Shown in pieces: positions 20,186 through 30,986 of a stretch of DNA of 64,000 nt. The first letter of the stretch is position 1, and each line of letters opens with the position of its first letter. The notes below the pieces were generated by a model, which saw only the letters and a list, made by a program, of their open reading frames with translations, was not told the origin of the DNA and made no database searches. A program made the translations under genes and the position numbers. The stretch comes from an uncultured delta proteobacterium (lineage in GTDB: Bacteria; Desulfobacterota; Zymogenia; Zymogenales; Zymogenaceae). The stretch covers positions 352,001 through 416,000 of the forward strand of contig CAVTLK010000004.1 of assembly GCA_963735595.1 (NCBI GenBank), read 5' to 3'.

Positions 20186-21520
20186 CCGAGAAGATTCAAG
20201 CGGACCTGATGATCCGGGGCGGCACGGTCCTCACGATGGACGACGGCCGCGCAATCGAAAACGGCGCGGTGGCGATTACCGGAGATACGATCGCCTTTGT
20301 CGGGAGGCGGGCGAGGCCGCCGGGCGCTGTACGGCAAAAAACGAGATAGACGCCGCGGGCTGCGTCGTCATGCCGGGGTTAATCAATGGGCACACCCACG
20401 CGGCCATGAGCCTTTTCCGGGGCATCGCCGACGACCTTCCACTGGAGCGGTGGCTCTCCGACTACATCTTTCCCGCCGAGAAAAATAACCTCGACGACGA
20501 TTTCGTTTACTGGGGGACGAAGCTGGCCTGCGCCGAGATGCTGTTAGGCGGGGTGACGACGTTTTGCGACATGTACCTCTTCGAGGAGTCGGCCGCGCGC
20601 GCCGCCAAGGAGATGGGGATGCGGGGGGTGCTGGGGGAGGTCCTCTATGATTTTGACTCGCCCGAACTACGGGCCCATCGACAACGGGATTTGCCTATAC
20701 CGAGGCCTTCATCAAAAAATGGACAGGACGATCCCCTGATCGTCCCGTCGATCCAGCCCCACGCGCTGGATACCTGCTCGCCCGACCTGTTGGTCCGGGC
20801 GCACGGGAGATATCCGACACAGTACGGCGTGCGCTCGATCGTCCACGTGGCCGAGTCGAGGGGAAACGTCGCTCATGTCAAGGAAAAATACGGCAAGAGC
20901 TCCTTTGCCTATCTGGACGACCTGGGGGTGCTGGACGAGCGGTTTATTGCGCTTCACGCCGTCTGGGTGGACGGCCGAGGAGATCGGAGATCATGCGACG
21001 ATCGGGGCGTCTCGGTGGTGACCAACCCCGAGAGCAACATGAAGCTTGCCTCCGGGTGGGCGCCGGTGCACAACTACCTCGAACGGGGGATCACGGTGGG
21101 GATCGGGACCGACGGGTGCGCCAGCAACAACGACCTCGACCTCTTCGGCGAGATGGACACCCTGGCAAAGCTCCACAAGGTCTACGACGCCGACCCGACC
21201 CACATGGACGCCAGGACCGTCACCGAGATCGCCACCAAAAAGGGGCGCCGGCCGCCCTCGGGCTGGGGGACATCACGGGGACGCTTACCGCGGGAAAGAA
21301 GGCCGACATCATCGTCGTCGATTTCAACAAGCCCCACCTGACGCCGGTCTATAACCCCTACTCGCACCTGGTCTACGCCGCCAAATCGTCCGACGTGCGC
21401 GACGTGGTGGTAAACGGGGAAGCTGCTCGTGCGCGACGGCAGGCTGACGAAGGCCGATACGGCCGAGATCATGGCAAAAGGGAGGGAGCTGGCGGAAAGG
21501 GTGAGGAAGTAGGCATGTAA
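20182..21520 (+). CDS. Amidohydrolase, MTA/SAH deaminase (MtaD/DadD-like), frameshifted
   Basis: GLINGHTHAAMSLFRGIADDLPL, HVAES, HAVW, GTDGCASNNDLD; ATGA overlap with the PNP stop. Confidence 0.85.
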
Positions 21521-21682
21521 TGTGGGCGGCGATTAATTAGTAAATCATGAGTCAGATATATTAAGTATGGCATAAATTCTGTGCATGCGTATGAGCGGAT
21601 TGAGGTGCAGCTGTCCGGTTCCGTATAGATACGCGTTTCGAGAAAGCTTCTATCATCATCGAAAAAGATGTCATAATAAGTC

Positions 21683-22044
21683 ATGCTACCAAAAACGTCC
21701 GACATCTCTTCCATCCTCGCCGCCGACGGGACTCCCGTCAAGGAGCTGTTGTCGCCGGGCAAGGACGACGTCGGCATCCGTTACTCTATTGCCCTTGCGC
21801 GGCTGCCGAGGGGAGAGAGAACCTTCCCCACCGCCTGAAGACCTCGTCGGAGGTCTACCTCATCACCGGGGGGCGGGGGATCATGCACATCGACGATGAG
21901 GCGGCCGAGGTATCGGCGGGGGACCACGTCTATATCCCGCCCGGGGCGCTGCAGTGGATAGAAAACGCGGGTGATACGGACCTCGTCTTTTACTGTATCG
22001 TCGACCCGCCGTGGCGGGCAGACGACGAATCGGTGATCGTATGA
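21683..22044 (+). CDS. Cupin-domain protein (frameshift near 21830)
   Basis: Manual translation: MLPKTSDISSILAADGTPVKELLSP...YSIALARL...SEVYLITGGRGIMHIDDEAAEVSAGDHVYIPPGALQWIENAGDTDLVFYCIVDPPW. Not recovered as one ORF by the track. Confidence 0.75.
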
Positions 22045-23367
22045 CCGAAAAAGTCGACCTGATCGTCAAGGGTGGGCCGCTCTTGACATTTGATGAACAG
22101 GACAGCCGCTACACCCGCGGGATCGTCTGCGTAAAGGACGGGAAGGTCGCCGCCGTCGGCGATGAATTTCGAAATCGGGCAGTGACTACGAGGCCGACCG
22201 TACCGTCGATACGGGCGGCGACCTCATCATGCCCGGCCTGATCAATGGGCACACGCATGCGGCGATGTCCCTCTTGCGCGGGTATGCCGACGACCTGCCG
22301 CTCGACACCTGGCTCTTTGACCACATCATCCCCGGCGGAAGAAAAGCTCATGGACGAGGAAATGGTCTACTGGGGGACGCTGGTCTCTGCCGCGGAGATG
22401 CTGCGCTCCGGAATAACCACGTGCGCGGACGCATATTTCTTTGCCTCTGCGGCCGCCCGGGCCTACAGGGACGCAGGGATGCGGGCCGTTGTCGCCCAGG
22501 GCGTCATGGACGGCCCCAAGCCCCAGTGGAACGACGACGACGCGCGGGCCGAGGTGCTGCGCTCCTTTTTCGCCGACAACGCGCCGGAGCCGAAAGGGCT
22601 CGTTACCCCGGCGCTCTTCGTCCACGCCCCCTACACCGCATGCTCCCGAGACCTACCGTCAGGCTAAGGAGATGTGCGACGAACACGGCGCCCTCCTCTT
22701 TACGCACCTGCTCGGAATCGAAGCGGGAGGTGCGCGACGTCAAGGAGAAATACGGCGCGACCCCCGTCCGCGTCCTGGCCCGGGAGGGGATACTCTCCGA
22801 TACCTTTGTCGGCGTTCACGCCGTCTGGGTCGACCCGGAGGAGATCGATATCCTTTCGCAGTACGGCGCCTCGGTCGTCCACTGCCCGGGAAGCAACGCG
22901 AAGCTCGGAAACGGCCTTGCGCCGGTGGGCGAAATGCTTGCCGCGGGGATTCCCGTGGGGCTGGGCACCGACGGCCCCGCGTCAAACAACCGCCAGGACC
23001 TCTTCCACGAGATGGACTTTTGCGCCAAGGGGCACAAACTCGTCACCCGAGACCCCTCCGTGATGGACGCGCGCACCGTCCTCAAGATGGCCCTCTACCT
23101 GGGCGCCGAGGCACTCGGGATCGAGGAGACGGCCGGCAGCCTGTCTGCCCGGTATGGCCGCCGATATGATCGTCCTCGACCTTTCGCGCCCCGCACGCGG
23201 CGCCGATGTTTTCGTACGAGTCCCACCTGGTCTACAGCGCCCGGGGGCTGGACGTAAAGACCACCATCGTCGGAGGACGGGTCGTCCATCATTGGGGGAA
23301 GATCCTTGCCTTCGACGAGGCCGAGGCCCTTGCAAAAGCCTTCGAGATTATCAAGAGACTAAAATAA
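22041..23367 (+). CDS. Second MtaD/DadD-like amidohydrolase, frameshifted
   Basis: MTEKVDLIVKGG, GHTHAAMSLLRGYADDLPL, HAVW, HCPGSNAKLGNG, GTDGPASNN; ATGA overlap with the cupin. Confidence 0.82.
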
Positions 23368-23553
23368 TTTGCTCAGGTAATAATATAACCGCCGTTTATT
23401 ATACGTCAACCCGATTGTTGATAATTATTTTATTGACAGGATTGGCCATAAGTATATATATTCTTACCTTCGATACCATCTCTGCTTTTTGTACATCCTG
23501 ATCCGACCGATACACCGGACCTCCACGCGGCGGCCGTTGCGCCAGGTGGGTAC

Positions 23554-24435
23554 GTGAGCCCGTCGCGGACTATCATATCAATACTCGATACCTTTCTCAG
23601 GTGGGTGATGCCGATGGAAATTGGAATTACCATTACTGACCTGAACGGGACCATTATCTACACGAACCCGGTAGACGCCATGATCCACGGGTGGAGCGTG
23701 GAAGAGCTCATCGGCAAGCAGTCCCGGATCTTCGGCCCGAAAGATATCTGGAGGATCATGACCAGCGACGAGGTCGGGAGCATGGCCTTCTTCACCCGGG
23801 AGACCAGGAACGTCAGGAAGGACGGGACGGTCTTCCCCGTTCGTCTCACGTCCGACATCATCCGCAACGAGAACAACGAGCCGCACCTTATCGTGAACGC
23901 CTGCAAGGACCTTTCGGGCAAGAAACGGGTCGAAGATATGCTCTTGAAGCTCTCGATAACCGACAGCCTGACCGGACTGTTTAATCGGCGGTACTTTCAA
24001 ATGAAGATCACCGAAGAAGTGCACCGCGCTTCGCGTATGGGCTACCCCCTCTCCCTTATAATGCTCGATGTCGACGACCTCAAGACTATTAACGATACGA
24101 GCGGGCATCTAGCCGGCGACGATATACTCGTTGGTGTGGCAGAGATCATCGTTGAATCCATCCGCAAGGATACGGATACCGCCTATCGGTACGGGGGAGA
24201 CGAATTCCTGCTGATCCTGCCGAACTCGGACGAAGAGAAGGCCCGGTGCGTGGCCTTCAGGATCACCTGCAGGGTGATGGAGCGGTTCGGGAGAATCGGG
24301 ATCAGCGCCGGCGTTGCCGGCTTCAGGAGAGGCGATTCGGAAAAGGAGCTGATACACGCCGCCGATACGGCCATGTACGCCGAAAAGCTGGTAAAAAAGC
24401 AGCGGGAGCTGGGGGGGGCCGGGTCACGGCTCTGA
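23554..24435 (+). CDS. PAS-GGDEF diguanylate cyclase (start uncertain)
   Basis: PAS/PAC, TDSLTGLFNRR, LDVDDLKTIND, RYGGDEF. Confidence 0.9.
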   Translation: MSPSRTIISILDTFLRWVMPMEIGITITDLNGTIIYTNPVDAMIHGWSVEELIGKQSRIFGPKDIWRIMTSDEVGSMAFFTRETRNVRKDGTVFPVRLTSDIIRNENNEPHLIVNACKDLSGKKRVEDMLLKLSITDSLTGLFNRRYFQMKITEEVHRASRMGYPLSLIMLDVDDLKTINDTSGHLAGDDILVGVAEIIVESIRKDTDTAYRYGGDEFLLILPNSDEEKARCVAFRITCRVMERFGRIGISAGVAGFRRGDSEKELIHAADTAMYAEKLVKKQRELGGAGSRL

Positions 24436-24475
24436 TCCCGGTCTGCTCGAAAAACTAACGTCCGGTTTGATAGAG

Positions 24476-24510
24476 ACACGGGCGACCGGAAGGCCGCCCG
24501 TGTTTATTTT
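24476..24510 (+). terminator. Intrinsic terminator
   Basis: ACACGGGCG/CGCCCGTGT stem followed by TTATTTT. Confidence 0.7.
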
Positions 24511-24636
24511 CTGAAGGTCTACGGTCTGGCGTGCGGGCCCGACCGCCCGATACCACACCCGATGAGGTCCGCCTCATTAGTCTGGGGTTCCGAAGCCGTC
24601 CGCCCGCCCGGAGCGCAGCGGCTTTCGGGGGACCTC

Positions 24637-27106
24637 CTATTCTTCCTTGTTATCCTTTTTGTCCTTTTCGTCGGACTTATCCACGTCCTTGAGCTTCTTG
24701 TGGATCTCGCGCAGTTTTTCGGTCATCAGCGCGTTGACGGTTCCCGCGGGATACGTGCCGTCCTTGCCCTTTTCCCCCGCCGGGACGCCCGTGAGGACTT
24801 CGATCCCCTCATCGATGGTCGATACGCTCCAGATGTGGAATTTCCCCGACTTCACGGCCGCCACGATATCGGGCCTCAGCATCAGGTCGTCCACGTTGGT
24901 CTTCGGGATCATTACCCCCTGGGTTCCCGATAGTCCCCGGTCGCTGCAGACGTCAAAGAAACCTTCGATCTTCTCGTTGACGCCGCCGATCGGCTGCACG
25001 TCTCCCCGCTGGTTGACCGACCCGGTGACGGCGATATCCTGGTGGAGCGGCAGTTCCGTGATGCTCGATATGAGCGCGTAGAGCTCCGTAGAGGACGCGC
25101 TGTCTCCATCGACGCCGTAGTAAGACTGCTCGAAGCAGATGGACGCGGAAAGGGTCATGGGCGCATCCTGGGCATAGCGGCCCCTCAGGTAGCCGGTGAG
25201 GATCAGCACCCCCTTGTCGTGGGTGCTGCCGGAAAGCTTCGCCTCGCGCTCGATATTGATGATCCCCGCCCGCCCCAGAGACGTGACCGCGGTAATCCGG
25301 CTGGGGGCGCCGAACGAGATATTGCCGAGGCTGTAGACGGCCAGGCCGTTGACCTGCCCCACCGCGGCCCCGGCGGTGTCAATCATGATGACCCCTTCCT
25401 TCATCCGCTCCTTGAACTTGTCGTAGACCATGGTCAGGCGCTTTTGCTTTTCCGTAATCGCCCGCTCAACATCGGCCCCCTCAACGACCGTCCGGGAGTC
25501 GGTCTTTGCCCAGTAGGCGGACTCCCGTATAAGGTCCGCGACGTCCGAAAGCCTGCTGGAGATCTTCTTTTGGCTCCGTGGATTCCCGGACGCCGAATTC
25601 GACGAGGGAGGCCACGGCCGTGTTTGCAAAGGGCGGGAGCTTCTCCTCGTTGGTGATCTTCCTGACGAAAGAGGCATAACCGGTCAGGTGTTCATCGTTT
25701 CTCTCCATGACCGGGTCAAAATCGGATTTGATCTTGAAGATCATCGAGAAATCGTCGTCCTGTGCCAGGAGGAGATAGTAGACGTAGGGATCGCCCACCA
25801 TGATCACCTTGACGTTAGAGTCGATCGCTTCAGGTTTAAGCGAAAAAGCCGCGAAGATAAAAAGCGGCTCAAGCAGCTGAAACTCGATTTTACGGTTCTT
25901 CAGGACCCGCTTCAGGCCGCGCCAGCCTCCCGGTTCGGTGAGGAGGTCAAAGGCGTTGACGATGAGGTAGCCGCCGTTTGCCCGGTGGATGCTGCCCGCC
26001 TTAAGGCGGGTAAAATCGGTAGACATCGTTCCCGTGCGGTCGATGGAGCGCTCGATTACCCCGAAGAGGTTGCCGAACGTCGGGTTGGTTTCGAGGATGA
26101 CCGGAGCTCCCTTCGTTTCGGAGTTATCCACCAGGAGGTTGACTTCATACCGCCAGAGCGGGCTCCTCTCGGGCCCGCCGCCCATGAAGGAAAAGGGCAT
26201 CTGGGGCGCCTGGGGGGTCTCTTCTTCCTTGAAAAAGGAGACGTTCTCGACGATGTCGTTCGTGAGATCGGCCAGGTACCGGGTCACCGGCTCCACGTTA
26301 AAGGCGTCGGCGATAGCCTTGACCTGTTCTTCCACGTGAGGCCGAATCGCCTCCACCTCGAGGCTCTCGATGCTTTTTCTGAGCTCCTTCTCTATATCCA
26401 CGGTCGCCCGCTGGGTATTCTCGAGCTCATTGTTGAGCTGAAACGACTTATCCTTGAGCTCTTCAAAGCGGTCTTTGGGGAACTCCCCGGCCTCCACCAT
26501 GCTCTCGAGCTTCTCAAGGGGAGTGGGTTGATTCTGGAAGTTAGGCATCAGCACCGGTCTCTGAAACGGACCGACCTGCACCTGAACAAGGGAAAACCCT
26601 TCTTCCTGGGATCTTAATTTAATCCGATTTACCAGCTCTTTCTGGCGGTTTCGAAAGTCTTCTACGACGTTCTTGATACTGTTTTTGAAATCCTGGCTGG
26701 CCAACACCTGCGGAATGAACGTGGCGAGATTGGCGATGAAGGATTCCATCATCTTCTTTAAGCGGATGCCCTCTCCCGCACGAAGCAGGATCGCTGTGGG
26801 GCTGTCGGTATTCTTGAAATTATGGACATACAGGATGTCGTCGGGGGGCGGGCCCGGTTTCAGGAATTTCTCGAGTGTGGTCTTGATTGTGGTAGACCTG
26901 CCGGTCCCGGTAAGGCCGGCAACGAAGATATTGTAGCCGGGGCTTTCTATCTCGAGGCCCGTCTTGAGGGCCGTCAACGCCCGATCCTGCCCTAATATTC
27001 CGTCCAGTGGCTCGATCTCATCGGTCGTCTTGAAAGGAAAAAGCGCTGGATCACATCTCCACCGCAGCCTATCAACGGGTATCTTTCTCGAATTCGTATC
27101 AAGCAT
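24637..27106 (-). CDS. Lon-family S16 protease, LonC/AAA_32 type (frameshift near 25570)
   Basis: GQDRA, GYNIFVAGLTGTGRST, long coiled-coil insert, HRANGGYL, GQVNGL, catalytic GDSAS and IGGVNEKIEGFF. Confidence 0.88.
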
Positions 27107-27151
27107 GAGACCTGCTCCCTATGAAAATGGAGGAGAGATTAGCTACATTAA

Positions 27152-27225
27152 ATGATATGGTACGCGGACGCCTTTGTCAAGCCACATAATTATGTATTGA
27201 CACTCCTTATGGCGGAGGGTAGTAT
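27152..27225. promoter_or_regulatory. Back-to-back sigma70 promoters with a central palindrome
   Basis: Minus TTGACA (27175-27180)-N17-TATCAT; plus TTGACA (27197-27202)-N17-TAGTAT; ACATAATTATGT at 27184-27195. Confidence 0.7.
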
Positions 27226-27248
27226 ACAAAAACACCCGGAGAAGCCTG

Positions 27249-27806
27249 ATGTCCGAAAGAAGATTTGCCGCGACCGTTGCGATACTGTACGGCACCTTAA
27301 TCCTGTTTTCGCTGGGTGATCCCCTCATGCTGCTGTCAATCGGGCGGCTCCTGTTGGGTGAGCGCGTTGACCTCGTTTTCTCGCTTGCTCCCTACGGCTT
27401 CATCAGCCTCCTGCTGGTGTATCTCACATTCATAAAAAAAGAAACGCGAAGCGGGGATTTTTTCTTCCTGATGATTATTTCCGTGGTTCTTTTTTTTATT
27501 GTCCGTTTCCTGAATGGCGAGCGTGAAAAAGTCCACGTGATCGAATTTGCCCTTCTGGGCGGCCTGTTCCTGCGCCCGGCCACGCTATGGGGACTTAACC
27601 GGCACGCGGCCTATGGACTTACGATGGTGGCGGGCCTGATGACCGTAGGATTCGATGAACTGCTCCAGGTATTACTCTCGCTAAAGGTCTTCAGCATACG
27701 GGATGTGCTGGTTAACAGCATGGGCGTTGCGCTGGGTGCGGTGATATGTGGCGGTCTTTTCTATGATCCGCCACGCGATAGTGAGGCGCCTAAAACCTCC
27801 CCCTGA
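27249..27806 (+). CDS. VanZ-like integral membrane protein
   Basis: Several TM segments; EKVHVIEFALLG, FDELLQ, FSIRDVLVNSMG. Confidence 0.75.
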   Translation: MSERRFAATVAILYGTLILFSLGDPLMLLSIGRLLLGERVDLVFSLAPYGFISLLLVYLTFIKKETRSGDFFFLMIISVVLFFIVRFLNGEREKVHVIEFALLGGLFLRPATLWGLNRHAAYGLTMVAGLMTVGFDELLQVLLSLKVFSIRDVLVNSMGVALGAVICGGLFYDPPRDSEAPKTSP

Positions 27807-28054
27807 TCAGTTCGCGAGGGAGGGCGGCGCCTTATGAGCGACCGGACGAGCACGAACCGTTCGGATGCGGGAAGCGGGTCGGAGCGATGTATTCCGACCC
27901 GCAATGTTTAAACGGACAGATAGCGGTTCCCCTTATCATCCTGCTACCGGCCACAGTAAACCAAGCGGCGCTGAAACGCCGGTTACGACCCCTTGCCCCC
28001 GGGCATACCTCCGGTGCCGGTCGCATTTGGATCCGCCTTCGGTAATAATCACGT

Positions 28055-30835
28055 ATGGACGAAATCGCACAGCTGAAGAAACAGAATAGGGCGCTCAAGA
28101 AAGAGGTCGCCGCCCTGACCGATCGACTTGAAGCCTGCGCTTCCCTTGAGTCTACGGCGGCCATTGCCCAGGCGATTGATCACTCGCTTTCCGGTATCGC
28201 CATAACGGACAACCGGTGGCGCATTCTGTACGCCAACCCGGCGATGATCCGCCTATGGGGCTACGAAACGATCGACGAGGTGATCGAGAGACCCGTAAGG
28301 TCCTATTTTGACGGCTTGGGCGATTCCAGATTAACCGAGATATTAAGGAGTATTCTGGATCTCGGGACCTGGCAGGGAGAACTCATGGGTCGGAGAAAGG
28401 ACGGCAGCGTCTTTCCCGTACTCATGGCTGGTTCCCGTCTTGTTGATGAGACTGACACTTTTGCCGGCGTTGTGGTTTCGTGTATCGATATGACCGACTA
28501 TCAGTTGGCCATATCGGCGCTTTCCGAGTCCGAGGAGCGATACCGGACGACGCTGGATCATCTCGGAGATTCGGTTTACCTGGTCGATCGGGATCTTACG
28601 CTCGTCTATGTCAATGAGCGGATAAACAGGTACGCGAAGACACTCGGGATTGACTTCAGGCGACACATCGGAAAGAGCATTACCGAGCTGAATATTGAAC
28701 TCGGGTATGACGTCGAGGCAGAATTCCGCCGGGTAATCGAGACCGGCCTTCCCCTGATAACCGAAGGGGAAATAACGGCGACCGGCACAACGTTTCTCAT
28801 GCAGAAACGACGGATTCCCATCCTGAATAGCGGAGAGGTGACGCACATCGTCACGGTGCTCCATAACATCACCGACCAGAAGCTAAACGAAGAAAAACTC
28901 AGGCAGTCCGAACAGAAATATCGGGTAATTGCCGACAACGTACCCGTCGGAATATTTATTCACGTCGGAGGGATTGTAAAATACGCCGGTGAGGAGGGGG
29001 CCCGGATGCTCGGTTATTCGGCCGACGAGCGGATCGGGACAAACATCATGGACGTGATTCACGAGGACGACCGGCCTCTGGTCATGGATCGTGCCCGGAG
29101 AAGGGCCCTCGGCGAGGACGTGCCGAGCGGTTACGAGGTCAGGATAGTCAGGAAAGACGGGAGCCTCCTTCCGATCCTGATTTACGGCAGCAACGTCGAC
29201 TACCTCGGAGAGAAGGCAATACAGGGGGTCTTTATTGATATTTCCGAGCGCAAGAAGGTTGAACGGGAATTGGAGCAGACCCTCGAGAGGCTCAAGCAGT
29301 CGGAAAAACGACACCGCCTCCTGGTGGAGAGCAGCCACGACGGTATCGTCGTCATCCGTGATTCAAAGATGACCTTCTTCAATAAGAAGATGATGCAGCT
29401 GGTCGGGTACGAGGAGTCCGAGCTGATCGACCGCCCCTTCATGGACGTTACCCACCCGGATGATCGCCGGTTCGTTATGGATAATTATCTCAAACGAATC
29501 GGCGGCCATAATTCGCCCGACAGATACGAGTTCCGGCTTGTCAACAAGGAGGGAAACCCGGTTTTCGTCGAGATTAACGTCGTCCTTTCCGAGTGGGAGG
29601 ACCAAATGGTGTCGGTCTGCTTTATCCGCGACATTACCGACCGCAAGGTGGCCGAAGATGAGCGGGCAATGCTTTTTGACCAGCTTGTTTCCGCCCAGAA
29701 GATGGAGGCCATCGGCACGCTGGCCGGCGGTATGGCCCATAATTTCAACAACATCCTCGTGGGAATCATGGGCTACTCGGAATACCTGCTCTCCAAAAGA
29801 AGCGAAACGGACCCCGAATACAAGGCCATCAAGACCATTCACGAGGGGAGCGTCAAGGCTTCCGACCTGACCCGTCAGCTCCTCAACATCGCCCGGGGGG
29901 GGGAGTTCAAACGGGTGCGCCTGTCCCTCAACGAGGTCATCAACCGGGTTATGCCGCTCATCGTGGGTACCTTCAATAAATCAATAGAGGTCCAGACCGT
30001 CCTCGATCCGGGCCCGGTAGTCATGGAGGGAGACGTTGGGCAGATAGAACAGAGCCTCCTCAATATATGCATCAACGCCCGTGACGCAATGCCGGAGGGG
30101 GGTAAACTCGTCATTGAGACCTACACCCGCCAGCTGGACGAGGATTTTGTGAAGCTGCACCTGGGCGCCAAGATCGGCAATTACGTGGTGCTCTCGGTGA
30201 CCGACACCGGTATCGGGATGCCCCCTCACATAAAAGACCATATCTACGAGCCGTTCTTCAGCACAAAGAAGCACGCCGGCGGCACCGGCATGGGGCTTGC
30301 CACGGTATGGGGAGTGGTCAAGAACCACGGGGGTATCGTTTCCGTCTACAGCGAGCCGGGTACCGGCACTACGTTTACGCTCTATTTCCCCGCTATCTAC
30401 CAGAAAACCCGGAAGGAGGACCATCGGCGCGACGAGATAATGCCCGGAAAGGGCGAGACGCTGCTCTTGGTGGACGACGAGCCGATTATTCGTGAGATGT
30501 GGGGCGAAATCCTCGACGAGGTCGGGTATCATGTCCTTTCGGCCGGCGATGGAGACGAAGCGCTGTCGGTTCTGGAGGAGCGCGGCGGCGCGGTGGACCT
30601 GGTGATACTTGATCTGGTTATGCCCCGCAAGGGCGGTGAAGAAGCCTTCCTATTGATACGAAAGCGCTACCCGTCGATGAAAGTGCTGGTCTCTTCGGGT
30701 TATAGCGAAAACGGCGAAGCGAAGAAGGTCATGGAGCGTGGGGCCGACGGCTTTATCCAGAAACCGTATCAGATCCGAATGGTGACGGCCAAGCTCAGGG
30801 AGATACTCACGGTGAAACCGAAGGCGAAGGCGTGA
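28055..30835 (+). CDS. Hybrid sensor kinase (4 PAS, HisKA, HATPase, REC; CckA-like)
   Basis: QKMEAIGTLAGGMAHNFNNIL, INARDAMPEGG, GTGMGLA and a C-terminal REC. Confidence 0.92.
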   Translation: MDEIAQLKKQNRALKKEVAALTDRLEACASLESTAAIAQAIDHSLSGIAITDNRWRILYANPAMIRLWGYETIDEVIERPVRSYFDGLGDSRLTEILRSILDLGTWQGELMGRRKDGSVFPVLMAGSRLVDETDTFAGVVVSCIDMTDYQLAISALSESEERYRTTLDHLGDSVYLVDRDLTLVYVNERINRYAKTLGIDFRRHIGKSITELNIELGYDVEAEFRRVIETGLPLITEGEITATGTTFLMQKRRIPILNSGEVTHIVTVLHNITDQKLNEEKLRQSEQKYRVIADNVPVGIFIHVGGIVKYAGEEGARMLGYSADERIGTNIMDVIHEDDRPLVMDRARRRALGEDVPSGYEVRIVRKDGSLLPILIYGSNVDYLGEKAIQGVFIDISERKKVERELEQTLERLKQSEKRHRLLVESSHDGIVVIRDSKMTFFNKKMMQLVGYEESELIDRPFMDVTHPDDRRFVMDNYLKRIGGHNSPDRYEFRLVNKEGNPVFVEINVVLSEWEDQMVSVCFIRDITDRKVAEDERAMLFDQLVSAQKMEAIGTLAGGMAHNFNNILVGIMGYSEYLLSKRSETDPEYKAIKTIHEGSVKASDLTRQLLNIARGGEFKRVRLSLNEVINRVMPLIVGTFNKSIEVQTVLDPGPVVMEGDVGQIEQSLLNICINARDAMPEGGKLVIETYTRQLDEDFVKLHLGAKIGNYVVLSVTDTGIGMPPHIKDHIYEPFFSTKKHAGGTGMGLATVWGVVKNHGGIVSVYSEPGTGTTFTLYFPAIYQKTRKEDHRRDEIMPGKGETLLLVDDEPIIREMWGEILDEVGYHVLSAGDGDEALSVLEERGGAVDLVILDLVMPRKGGEEAFLLIRKRYPSMKVLVSSGYSENGEAKKVMERGADGFIQKPYQIRMVTAKLREILTVKPKAKA

Positions 30836-30986
30836 ACGGGTAAAACGATGTGAATACAAGACGCGGCGAATTCAAGGCCGCGGCTTCCCGCTCACGGCTC
30901 AGATTCCCGGCCCCAAAAAAACCATTTGCAAATTATTTTCGTATGGATTATGGTAGTCACCGGCAAAGCGCGGGAGCATATCAGGG

